A DNA stretch of 64,000 nt from Lama guanicoe (Eukaryota). The notes below the pieces were generated by a model. It was not told where the DNA came from and ran no database searches. It saw only the letters and a program-made list of their open reading frames with translations. Location: positions 2,658,702 through 2,722,701 of the forward strand of contig MU055753.1 in the NCBI GenBank assembly GCA_013239625.1, read 5' to 3'. The translations under genes and the position numbers were made by a program. This document shows positions 50,214-64,000 of the stretch, piece by piece (the stretch's first letter is position 1; each line of letters opens with the position of its first letter).

Positions 50214-52240
50214 TTACAAGGTACCTTGGTCCTGGGCCCCCCACAACTCAGCCCCAAAGCTGCCTTCTGGGGTGGCCTCAGCCTCCTCTTGTGGGGCGCC
50301 CACAAGCAGGGCATCATCTTCCTCCAGGAAGTCTCCGAGCTGGGCCAGCTGCCGGCGGATGAGGTTGGTGGTTTGGTGCATTTTGCGCATGCGCCGCAGC
50401 AGGCACAACACCAGGGTCCGGCTGCGCTCCTGGCGCTGGCTCCAGGCCTCCCGCAGCTCACGGTAGCAGTTGTGATTCGCACGCTCGGCTGGGCCCAGTG
50501 TGGCCCCGCAGCCCAGGGGGCAGCGTTGATGGGCACCATGCTGGCAGTGCTGCTGGTGCTCGGCCAGGTCCCCGCGAGGCACCCGAGACATGCAGCCCTC
50601 GTTGGGGCAGGCCATCAGCTCAAAAGGGCATGAGTCCTGGTGCCCCTTACGATGGGCAAGTGGGCACGTCACCAGGCAGCCAGCTTCGGCGTTCTTGCAC
50701 TGTGGGTAGAGGGGAGCATTGTGTAAGCTAAACCATGTTGGGCATTGCCAGCCATAAGCTGCCCATCCCCTACAGAACGTTCCATCCTTGACATTCCACT
50801 GACCGGGAACCACTGAACTGGGAGCCTCCCAAGCTCTTTTGACACCAATGACGTGATGGAGAGGGAAACAGTAGGGCAAATGCTTGGAGGTGGGGAAAAA
50901 AATTTAGATCTCAAAGAGGATGAGGGCAAGTCCTGAGGTTTGGAGAACAGGGAGTTACACGGTTGGGTGGGTCTGGTGCATTGTATGTACACCAGGCTTC
51001 TTTTCTTTTCATCTCAGTTTCCCCATCTATTAAATTAGGGGCTGGAGAGTAGTAGTAGGCAGAGCAGACATTTCATCCTCCATAATCCCCATGTTACAGC
51101 TGAGACTCTTGGAACTCAGAAAGGCTGGGTAACTTGCCCAAAGTAACACAGCAGGTAAGTAAGTGGTAGAGATGTGACTCAAATTCAGCCAGGTATAGAG
51201 GAGAAACCCTCAGTTCTGAGGATGGGATTCTTCTCACCCTGTCTCCTGGCTCTGCACCCTCAACCCTGCAGGGAAGAAGAGTGTTGGGTGGTGGGAGTGG
51301 GTGTTTTGAGCTACCTTGACTTCCAGACGGCCAATGGTCTTCCGGAGTTTATTCACATGGACCATCTTTTTCCGTTTCACCTCTTTCCTGCAGCACGGAC
51401 AGGTCTTTTGTCTAGAAGGAGACATGAGTTGGGGTGATTGTTGGGAGTGGGGGAGGAGCAAGTGGCAGCAACATGCCTCCCCTGGGGGTCCCTCCTCTGT
51501 AGCTGGAAGAGGTATAAGAGGGCTTTATAGGGAGCTCTCAGCTCTGAGGTTGGGGCTAGGGGCTGCAGATATCACGGGGTGACTAGACTTAATATTAGTA
51601 TCCCAGGAGATTTGGCAGCTGAACCCTATGACCATCATGACCCAGTACTTGGCAGACCTTTCTTCTCTCTTCTGGGCCCCAAGAATGGCCCCCCCCAGAC
51701 CCCTGCCCTCCCAGCCTCTTGGGTGCCCAGTAGCAGCACCTGGCCAGCCACCGGAGGATGCACTTCTTGCAGAAGATGTGGCTGCATGGCAACCTCACTG
51801 GTCTCTTGAGAACCCCATGGCAGACAGAACACAGGAAGTTGCAGTCAGGAGGGCTGGCGAAGAGGTTGAGATCATACCCGCCACTCTGCAAAGGACAGGC
51901 CAGCATCAGGACCTGGATCCCATTCCCCGACTCCTCAATACCCAGAGGGGGTCCCCAGGAAGATTTGGGTGGGAGATGGGCCACATGCAAGCCCCAGGTG
52001 GAGGGTTGGTTCAGCACCCACTTTGAGGGGGCAGCTGTGACAGTCAAGACCCCCATGACTACCAATCCCCAGGTGCAGAAGCTGGCCTTGGCCTGGAGTT
52101 AGACCTGGCCTGACCCCTCTGAAAGGTTTCCTTGTCCCATTTGGGATTCTGTACCACACTGTCCAGATTATCTCAGTGAGGAATGGTGTCCAGCTCTGGG
52201 CAGGTCCCTGGAGTTAGGCACAAATTTAAGGGCTCACCAT
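50214..52240 (-). CDS. RNF151: RING finger protein 151 (testis). Exons: 52240-52238 (ATG only; a second ATG at 52243), 51885-51740, 51411-51315, 50699-50214
   Basis: [42 protein letters not shown]...CPCC (C3HC4 RING), TRAF-type zinc finger [13 protein letters not shown]; ATG|gtgagc donor; AATAAA at 50202-50197. Confidence 0.93.
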
Positions 52241-53281
52241 CATCTGTGTCTGGACGGCAGCTCCACTGACCCCCAGGGCTCGGGAGCCTCCATTTCATAC
52301 CAGGAGTGGGCCGACATCACAGTGGCATTGTCCAGCTCAGGCCAATCACAGCCCTGGCCCAGGGTATCACCTGGCTCTTGCTCCCCTTTCAAGAGTCACA
52401 GATGTGGGGTAGCCCAGAACCAGGGTGGATCCCTAGAGCCCCTGCCTTTGGCAAGGGTGGTTTACAGCTGATCTTCAAACACCACTAAGCTGAGAACCAA
52501 GCTTCCAAGGGCTACTTCCCCCGAGAGCTGAGGCTTCAATAGAAACGCAGTGATTGTTCCTGTTTCCTCACTACTGCCCAGATCCCCAAGAGCTGGAGGA
52601 GGGTGGGTGGTTAGGGACCCATCATAAGGTCTCTTAGGATCTGAGACCCATAGAGCTAGCTCCAGGATACAGACCAGTTGTGGGGACCAGGTTTCCATGC
52701 AACCTGTGGTACCACAGTGGAGGAGTCTAGAATGTGGGAAAGTCTCCCAGAGCAGGTAATCTCTGAACATATGGTCAAGCCTAAGAGAAAAGGCACGGGG
52801 AAATCAATTCCAGCTTGGGAAACCAGCATGTTCCCAACATGAGGCACAGAAGAGAACTGCAGGTTCAGTGCCACTGAGTTTTAGCCTCATCTAATCCTAA
52901 AGACCCTAACCTTGTCCTGAGAACAATAGGGAACTACTGTTAAGCCTCTGAACTGTGAATCTTACACTCCCACCATTGTTAATGGTTTCCTGGTCCAGCC
53001 TGACTTCTACCAAGCTCCAAGTACTTTACTTGCTAATGTGGAAGCTATGGGGTGTGGGTAGACACAAGATGAGTTCAAACCTGACTGCCAGTTTTCGGGG
53101 GGTGGGCTCTTCGGAGTCACCTGGCAACCACCAAAACCAGATTCCGTCCCTGCATGGCATCGTTCAAAGCAGGCTGGGAAGGTGTCCCACAAGGGTCTCT
53201 TCTCCACAGCACACCTCGGTCCCAGCGACAAGAGACGCATTTTCCCGGCCGATGGGCAGAGGACCAAGAACACCCACACAC

Positions 53282-53690
53282 GGCTGAATTAGACCAACAG
53301 CTTTATTTAAAGACGAGAACAGAGACCCTCTCCCCCGCGGTCCTGGCGGCGGCGGCCTCAAGCTCTTAGCATCCAGGTGTACTGCGGGTAGAAGACGGAG
53401 TCAAGGGTCAGAGGCCAGAGGCCAGGGCACGCGAGCAGCCGCAGCGGGGATCGGAACGGCGGCGCCTGTTGGGGCCTGGGTTTCACCTCCCCACACCGAG
53501 GAGTGGGCTGTGAGCTGAGGCCCCGAGTGGCTCTAGGCGCCGAATCTCACCCACGGCCACGGCCAAAGCCGCAGGCGATTTTCAGCTGACGCCGACCTCC
53601 CAATCATCTTCCCCCCACCGCATTCACAGTGCCGCATGGAGGACGCAACCCAGACAGGTTAACCTACCTGCAACCCGAGAGAGTGAGGTG
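53282..53690 (-). ncRNA. SNHG9: SNHG9-like snoRNA host transcript; exon 1 ~53690-53668, exon 2 53381-~53282
   Basis: TATAAA at 53711-53706, pyrimidine (TOP-like) start CTCACTCTCTC, donor CAG|gtagg, acceptor cccgcag|, AATAAA at 53307-53302. The intron holds SNORA78; transcribed divergently from RPS2. Confidence 0.75.
53464..53590 (-). ncRNA. SNORA78: H/ACA snoRNA SNORA78 (ACA64)
   Basis: Minus strand ...TGAAAATCGCC...GGCTTTGGCCGTGGCCG...GGTGAGATTCGGCGCC...GGTGAAACCCAGGCCCCAACAGGC; two hairpins; ACA 3 nt from the end; syntenic position. Confidence 0.85.
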
Positions 53691-53699
53691 GCAGCGGCG

Positions 53700-53900
53700 C
53701 GGGACTTTATAGCAGCTGCCCAGTCGCGCAGGTTCCGGTGCCGCAGACACACAGTCACAGGCAGAGATAGGCGAGGGCGGCGCACCGCGGAGCCAGTCAC
53801 AGGCTGCTTTATTGGCCTGTGATTCGAGGCAGCCGAGATCTCGCGGCACTTGGCGCGCTATAAAATTATCCCTTTGGCGCGGCCTCTTCCTTCTTTACCG
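53700..53900. promoter_or_regulatory. Bidirectional SNHG9/RPS2 promoter with RPS2 TATA box and 5'TOP
   Basis: TATAAAA at 53859-53865, CTCTTCCTTCTTT at 53884-53896, non-coding exon 1 ending at 53909 (gtgagt); inverted CCAAT at 53811; TCTCGCGG motif near 53839. Confidence 0.75.
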
Positions 53901-54089
53901 AGACGACACGTGAGTGTTTGCTGAGGCAGTGGCTTCCCGAGGGCTAGGGAGGCGGGAATCCGCCGACATCGGGTGGAACCCGGGCTGGCGCTCCCGCCTT
54001 CTGTGGCTGGAACCCGGCCCGGGAGCCCTCGGCGGCCGTAGATGCTAGGGCCTCAGTGACCAACTGGTTTTTGTCGCTCTTTTCAGCAA

Positions 54090-55960
<1,871 letters not shown>

Positions 55961-56142
55961 TTTTATATGCAAAAAATAAAGTGAATGAAGTCTGTTTATA
56001 GTTGCTTTTTATTTATTCTTTTTTAAAAGTGGTGGCTGAAGTTGAAAGGGAAGTGGGGCCAATAAGACGTTTCAGAGACAAGTTCCATTACTCTTTATTT
56101 TAGCAACAGTGACAGTCACATGAGGGGGTTCATAGAGCTGCC

Positions 56143-58441
56143 TCAGGCAGCAGCAGCCTCTTTAGCGGCTTTTCTCTCTGCCAGCATCCTCTGCTTCTGT
56201 TTTGCCAGGCACTTCCTGGCAGAATAATGGGCCCCCAGGTCGTGATCTGGGAAAGAGATGGAGAAGGGGAGTCACGGGCCTCTTCTGCCTTGATGGGAAC
56301 TTGGGGTCTTTTCTCCATGCAGGGAGGAATACTGGGCAGCTAAGACAGGTTAGTGAGCAGAAAGGGGACAAGGTAGGATTATTTTACACTGCTGGAGACT
56401 CAGCTAATTGGCATGCTTTGGGCAGTCATGTAGAAACTGCAGGAGTTAACCACCTTTAGCAAAGGGTTTAGCACACAGCTGTGTGGAGACTGGGACGTCA
56501 GGTGGCAGAAGCAGGAGGACCTGGGGGCAGACTGGGGGGGCTCACTCACAGCGGTCCTGGTAGGCCTTGGACACCTGGCTGAACTGCTCCAATTCCTTGG
56601 TACAGTTCTGCCTGTAGCTTTCACCTTCCCTCTGCTGACAGGCCTTCAGTCTTTCCTGGATAATGTTGACAATTTCTTGATCAACTTTGCTAAAAGAAAA
56701 ACAAGAAAAGGGGTCTACAAGGATTCCTTTCCCTGTACTCAGGGAAAGTGGAGTGAAGAAAGCAGGGCCTGGGAGCCCTGTGGTCTGGCCCCTTTACCCC
56801 CAAGGTCTGGGCCAACCCTAGGAAGCATTCTTGCTAGCTGACCACCAGCCTATGGCATCCTGAGGGAATGATATGCTCGGCAGGACGTGCTCACTTCGCA
56901 GGGCTCTCAGTACTAAGAATGAAAGCCCAAGGGCAGAACATACTAGTCTCTTCTCCATTGCATTTCTGCTTCAAACATGCACAGGACGTCCTTTTCCTTG
57001 CATTCTGTGATGTCCGGCACCCGACGGAACTCACGGTGGTAGTAGTAGTACTTGTTCTTGGCGTGCTGCTGTTCTATAAACTCTGCAAAGAGAACCCCAG
57101 ACCCAAAGGCCCTATTTGTTTGGACAGGCCAGCTTGGGCCCTGAGCTTTGTTATTTCTCATAAACCATGGAAGAGGCAGATTTCCCAAATGTTCCAAGCT
57201 TTTACAAAGACTGGTAACTGGACTCCCAAAGAAGAGGTGTAGGCTGGCAGAGATGGTCCTAGAAAGGACCAGGCTACAAATGGTGATGGATAGCTTCCTG
57301 TAAGCCAGGTACCAACCTTTCACGTTCCCTAATATGTCTCACTTTGTCTCTGCAACAATCCTACACAGGGCAGGTCCTTTTCATTTACAGAGAGGGGACT
57401 GAGGCCCAGAGAGATAGCAGGATTCAGAACCCTTCCTCTGCAAGCCCCAACAGCACAAAGACTCCACTGTGTAGGCAAAAAGGCCCCAACGGGGAGCCAC
57501 CAGCAGGGATTCTAGTCCCAGTTCTACCACCGCTGACCTTCTGACCTCAACTTCTCCATGGATAAATTAACAAGTTGGATCTAGTCAGGTCTCATCTATC
57601 CAGACACATAAAACATATCTTTAAAAATTGCTACAGGGAAAAGGGAGCAGTTCTACTGCTGTGTCTTCCAGACTTTGGAGCCGGGTCTGGTTCCTCCCAA
57701 AGAACCACCAGAGAATGCTATGCATCCCAAAGTTTTGTTGTTCAATGAAAGAATTGATTAATTGCAGGGACCAATTGCCTGGCACTAGTGACTGAGGGCG
57801 TAGCGTGGTCTTGCTGCTGCCCCACGGCTGGTTCATAAACTAGACAACAGTTTGAAACACTGGCCTGGTTTTGACCAGAGACGGGGTAATTTGGGCAGCT
57901 CTCAAACGTAGGCACACACGGAGGACAACTTACAGCACTAGAGGTGGAGGGGACCTCGGCCACCATTGACTACCCAGGATATTTTGCAGGCGTGCAAAGG
58001 GTTAGTGGAGAACCGCAGCACCTCAACAGCCCTTTGCTGACCGCCTACGGTGCAAAACGCAGGATGCAAAGTGTGCAGGGAGACAAGCCTCAGGACAGAT
58101 GACTGCGGTCCGCAAACAACCCTTAATATTTGAACATGGCCGGAGACCAGGGGTGCGTGTAAGGTTCCTCAGGCGGCTGTGGACGTACAGCACCGCTTAG
58201 TGTAGTGGTGAGCGTTCTGGGAGGCGAGGCCTGGGATGCAGAGGGGGCGGGGGGGGGGGACGGGGAGCGGTGAGGACGGGCTGGGGGTCGTACCTCTCAC
58301 CAGGGTCACAGGCCGGTCCACGAGGAGGTCGAACGCCTTCGTAAGGTAGGTGATGGGGTTAGGCAGCGAGGTCTGAGGCGAGGGCGCCGGCGTGCGGCGT
58401 GGGGGCTCGGGGTACACGTCCTTGTCCCAGCTGTCCGGCAT
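56143..58441 (-). CDS. NDUFB10: NADH:ubiquinone oxidoreductase subunit B10 (PDSW), 176 aa. Exons: 58441-58294, 57082-56944, 56689-56550, 56246-56143
   Basis: [53 protein letters not shown]...[17 protein letters not shown]...; ends [15 protein letters not shown] at 56099-56094. Confidence 0.97.
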
Positions 58442-58569
58442 GGCTGCGGCGCGCGGCGGACTCTGCTCTCAGACTCGCTGCCGCGGCCTCCGCCTCGGCC
58501 CCTCTGCCTAGTTTGCCCGTACAGAGGACACCCCACGGCGGTCGCGCTTACGCAGGACGGCTGGCGCCC

Positions 58570-58662
58570 GCGATGCATCATGGAACCTGTAATTCGTCCG
58601 TAGCCGAGGCCGCCGGGGGTTGGGAGCCTCCGCAAGGCACGATGGGACTTGTAGTTCGTCCG
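58570..58662 (-). promoter_or_regulatory. Tandem ZNF143/THAP11 (ACTACA-N2-TCCCA) motifs in the NDUFB10 promoter
   Basis: GAACTACAAGTCCCATCGTGCCTTGCG at 58657-58631, plus degenerate GAATTACAGGTTCCATGATGCATCG at 58595-58571. Confidence 0.7.
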
Positions 58663-59249
58663 GCAAGGCCAAGCTGGTCTGGGGAGCTGCTTCGCAGCGC
58701 CAGCACCCCTGCTTGGGACCATGGCGCCCACTGCACACGCGACGGGTGCCTACAGTGTGCTGGGCGCTGGTCTTGGCGCTTGGTATACGGCAGTGAAGGA
58801 ATCAAGGATCCCTGCTTACATTCTAGGACGAGACAGACACAGGAGTAAGTAATCTACTCATTCAGTCTGAACTGCCAGTTGCGTACCAAGTGCAGCAGGG
58901 AGCCGACTGATGAACACAGCTGGGCTCTTCTGGAGAACTCAGGCCAATAGAGCAAGCAAATAGCAAAGACAAAAAATAACACAAACTACTAAACGCCCTG
59001 CTTTTCCAGGGAGCCTTCCAAGATTGCCCATTCGCTGCAGCCCTCTCTGGGCTCCACTGGGTTTGCCAGGGCCTCTCATGGACTGGCTCATGCCAGTGAG
59101 CTTGAGGGGGGCCTCCCTGGGGCAGAACAGGAGGCGGGGCTTGCCCCACCCCACCCTCCGACCCATCCTCCAAGTAAGGAGAATTAGTTCTTACCCTGGG
59201 TGCAGGGCACTCTGTTCCTGTTTTTGTTTTTGTTTTGTTTTTTAATTCT

Positions 59250-59332
59250 TATTTTTTATAGAAGGATAGTCGATTTACAATGTTAGTTTCAGGTGTACAG
59301 CAAAACGATCCAGTTATGCACATACCTACATC
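59250..59332 (-). mobile_element. Short L1 3'-end fragment
   Basis: gatttacaatgttagtttcaggtgtacagcaaa resembles the L1 3' end at 14150-14220. Confidence 0.6.
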
Positions 59333-60323
59333 TGTTCTGGTTCTGATGGCTCCATCCTGGCCCTGAGCACTGTTGTGCCCCTGAGGCAGCTCCACTGACC
59401 AGGGTCCTCCTGGCCAACCTCTATGATCTCCATACCTGGCACAGCCTCTGACCAACACCAGGGAGGGTGAGTGCTGGTCACTTCCTGCCCAGAGGCTGGG
59501 GTCAGGGACACGGAGTCATCAATCCTATGGACACACAGAATCTGCAATCATAGAAACCTCAAATCTTCAAATCATGAACTCTTAGAAATTATCAGACTCA
59601 ACCAATCATAACATTGGCCTGCAACATCGGCCTGAATGAGGGGAACCAACAGAGTTAGGCTGGAGTCATTGCCATGACCCGCAGTAACCAGTGTGAGCTT
59701 GCCCACCAAAAGAATATAAGAAAGCAGAGTATGGCACTCCATTAAGGAAAAGTGCCAAGATGATGACTTTCTGCTGCTACCCAGCAGCAGAGGGACCTGG
59801 AGATCATGCAGCAGAAACAGAAAAAGGCAGAGGAGAGAGAGGAACCCAAGCAGCTTTGGGGCTCCATGTCCAACCCTCTGGCTCTTGGCCTGAGTATCTG
59901 GAGCCGATCCCACTACGTGCTTACAGCCTCAGCATCGCTGGCATTCCCTTTGGTCCTGAGCCAACAGCGCATCCCTTCGGAGCTTCCTTCCTTCCAGTAG
60001 CCTCTCTTCCCCTGGGCCACTTCTGGGATTGTCAGGTTACCCCTTCCAGTGATTATATCCCTGCTGGGCTCAGCCCAAGTGTTAAAAGTAGCTTCGTAAT
60101 TCAAAAACAACAAAAACAAAGAGTTGTCATATTTTAGTAGCGGAGGATTTTAGCATCTAATGATGCAAAATGCGCGGACCCTCAGCCATATCTCAGGCCT
60201 CTAAAACTCTGATTCTGTAGCTACAGAACTTTAAAACCTTACAATCTTTGAATCAAAAAAATAAGAGATTTTAATCAAAACTGCAAAATTTAAGTTCCTA
60301 AAACTGTCTAAATGTTCTTGGCA

Positions 60324-60420
60324 GGGTGGGGGGTAGAGAGAGTGTGGTAGATTGTGTGCTTAGCATACATGAGGTCCTGGGTTCAACTCCCTAGCACCTC
60401 CATTAAAAAAAAAAGAAAAG
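60324..60420 (+). mobile_element. tRNA-derived SINE, Vic-1 type
   Basis: gtggtag...tgcttagcatacatgaggtcctgggttcaactccctagcacctcc followed by poly(A). Confidence 0.75.
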
Positions 60421-60474
60421 TAAAAGAAAGGGTGAATAAATATTCTTAGATCACAGCTATTAGAGTCAAGGGAT

Positions 60475-60484
60475 CCTTATATGG
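60475..60484. promoter_or_regulatory. CArG box (SRF site) upstream of RPL3L
   Basis: Perfect CC(A/T)6GG: CCTTATATGG, about 480 bp upstream of the ATG; E-box CAGCTG at 60601-60606. Confidence 0.55.
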
Positions 60485-60963
60485 AATAAAGGCCCTGGTG
60501 ATCCTCTGGGCACAGAGTCAACCCTCCCCATCGCTCCCTGTTCGTCCAGCTCAGGCTCACAGTCCTCAGGACAGTACAAGAATCCTCTCTGCTCCAATGC
60601 CAGCTGCCTGAGAGAAACCCCTCAACAGATTTCTCAGCCTCCCTACCAGGCCAAGTTGTTCCTGTTCCAGAGGGTCATAGGAGGCAGAAAGCAAAGTATG
60701 GGACCTAGTCCTAGGACCCTGGAGGAAAGGAGGGCCAGGCCTGGCTCCAGGTGTCCCCAACCCGGGGGCTGCCCCCCTTTGCCCTGCCCTGGGCCAGGCC
60801 TGTTCCTGGCACCAGAGCCCATGCCTGACACGGGAGATGACAGAGCTCCCCTGCCAGGGGCTAAATCTGGGATCTGGCTGCTGTGTGTCCTGGACCTGCC
60901 GCTTGACCTCCAGCGCCTGGCAGGGAGGCCCCTTTCCTTCCTGACCTGCAGGGACCGACCACC

Positions 60964-63096
<2,133 letters not shown>

Positions 63097-63276
63097 TGAG
63101 GGCCGCCCACCACTCCCCAGCCCTGTGTGGGGATAAGCGGGGTGACTGGGCAGCAGTGGTGTGTGCGTGTGTGATGCCTTCATGTCAACAAAAGACAAGA
63201 ACTAGGGAGCTGGAGAGGAAATTGGATTAGAGGAGAAAAGAAAGCAAATATTCTCACACTTAGGGTAAGGAATTAA

Positions 63277-63377
63277 TTTTTTTTCTTTTCTTTTTTTAAT
63301 GGATGAACTGGGGATTGAACCCTGGACCTCGTGCATGCTAAGCACATGCTGTATCACTCAGCTAAACTCACCTCCCC
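63277..63377 (-). mobile_element. tRNA-derived SINE, Vic-1 type
   Basis: Minus strand GGGGAGG...TAGCTGAGTGATACAGCATGTGCTTAGCATGCACGAGGTCCAGGGTTCAATCCCCAG plus A tail. Confidence 0.78.
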
Positions 63378-63685
63378 AAGTTAGTAATTTGATGAAGTGT
63401 CATAGTTGGTTCCAAGCTTCCTAGCAACCAGGGTGAAAAGGGAAATAGGTAACTGACAAGCTCTTTTCATCAGAATGACATTCTTAGATCTCGAATCATC
63501 CCTGGCATCAAGTCCTGAAAAGGGAAGGCTCAACTGCCTGAGGAACCTTTACAGACACCTCCTTCCTTGTGGAGGAAGAGGCATAGCATAGCCTCTCTTA
63601 GCGGTGATGATCTTGGGCCTCCGAGTCAGAACAGGCTGTGTGACCACAGGCGAACTGACTGACCTCTTAGAAATCACACCCCAAC

Positions 63686-63708
63686 CACACACACACACAC
63701 ACACACAC
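63686..63708. repeat. (CA)n microsatellite
   Basis: cacacacacacacacacacaca. Confidence 0.9.
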
Positions 63709-64000
63709 CCTCAATGGATACCATTGAATGGGGACGAGAGAGGTCCCTGCATCTGGGGCGCTGTGAGGAGTGGAGGAACAGCGCGTGTCATGTGCTCTGC
63801 ACAGAGAAAGAGCGCAGCAAACCCCAGCTGGCCCTGTTTTTGCTGTTGCAATTGTTATCAACTTGCCTCTCATCCAGGGGCTCTGACCTTTGAGAACCTT
63901 GCTTTCTTCATCTTCAGAATGGGGATAATATTGTTCACCTTGCAGAGTCCTGGTGGGGGTTAGGAATGATGTGGCATGGGGCCCAGCCAGTCCTGGCTGT

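Overview
Mammalian genomic DNA, GC-rich and gene-dense, syntenic with human 16p13.3. tRNA-derived Vic-1-type SINEs and the absence of recognisable Alu, BovA/BovB or PRE-1 point to a camelid. Gene order: SLC9A3R2/NHERF2 (-, first two exons only), NPW (-), ZNF598 (+), SYNGR3 (-), GFER (-), NOXO1 (+), TBL3 (-), RNF151 (-), SNHG9 with SNORA78 (-), RPS2 with SNORA64 and SNORA10 (+), NDUFB10 (-), RPL3L (+, first three exons). I traced exon boundaries by hand; comparisons with human or other orthologues are from memory and were not computed. Most notable: NOXO1 has an apparent deletion of the end of exon 7, its splice donor and almost all of intron 7. This creates an in-frame TAA in the second SH3 domain and predicts an NMD-escaping 267-aa truncated NADPH-oxidase organizer. 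Other anomalies are a pure (CAG)19 polyQ tract in ZNF598, a lost or garbled exon-1 end in NHERF2 PDZ1, an obligatory non-AUG start for NPW, a shortened RG repeat in RPS2, and a 5-nt frameshift in RPS2 beside an N gap (probably an assembly error). I found no evidence of a wholly new gene system; the novelty is lineage-specific change in known genes.
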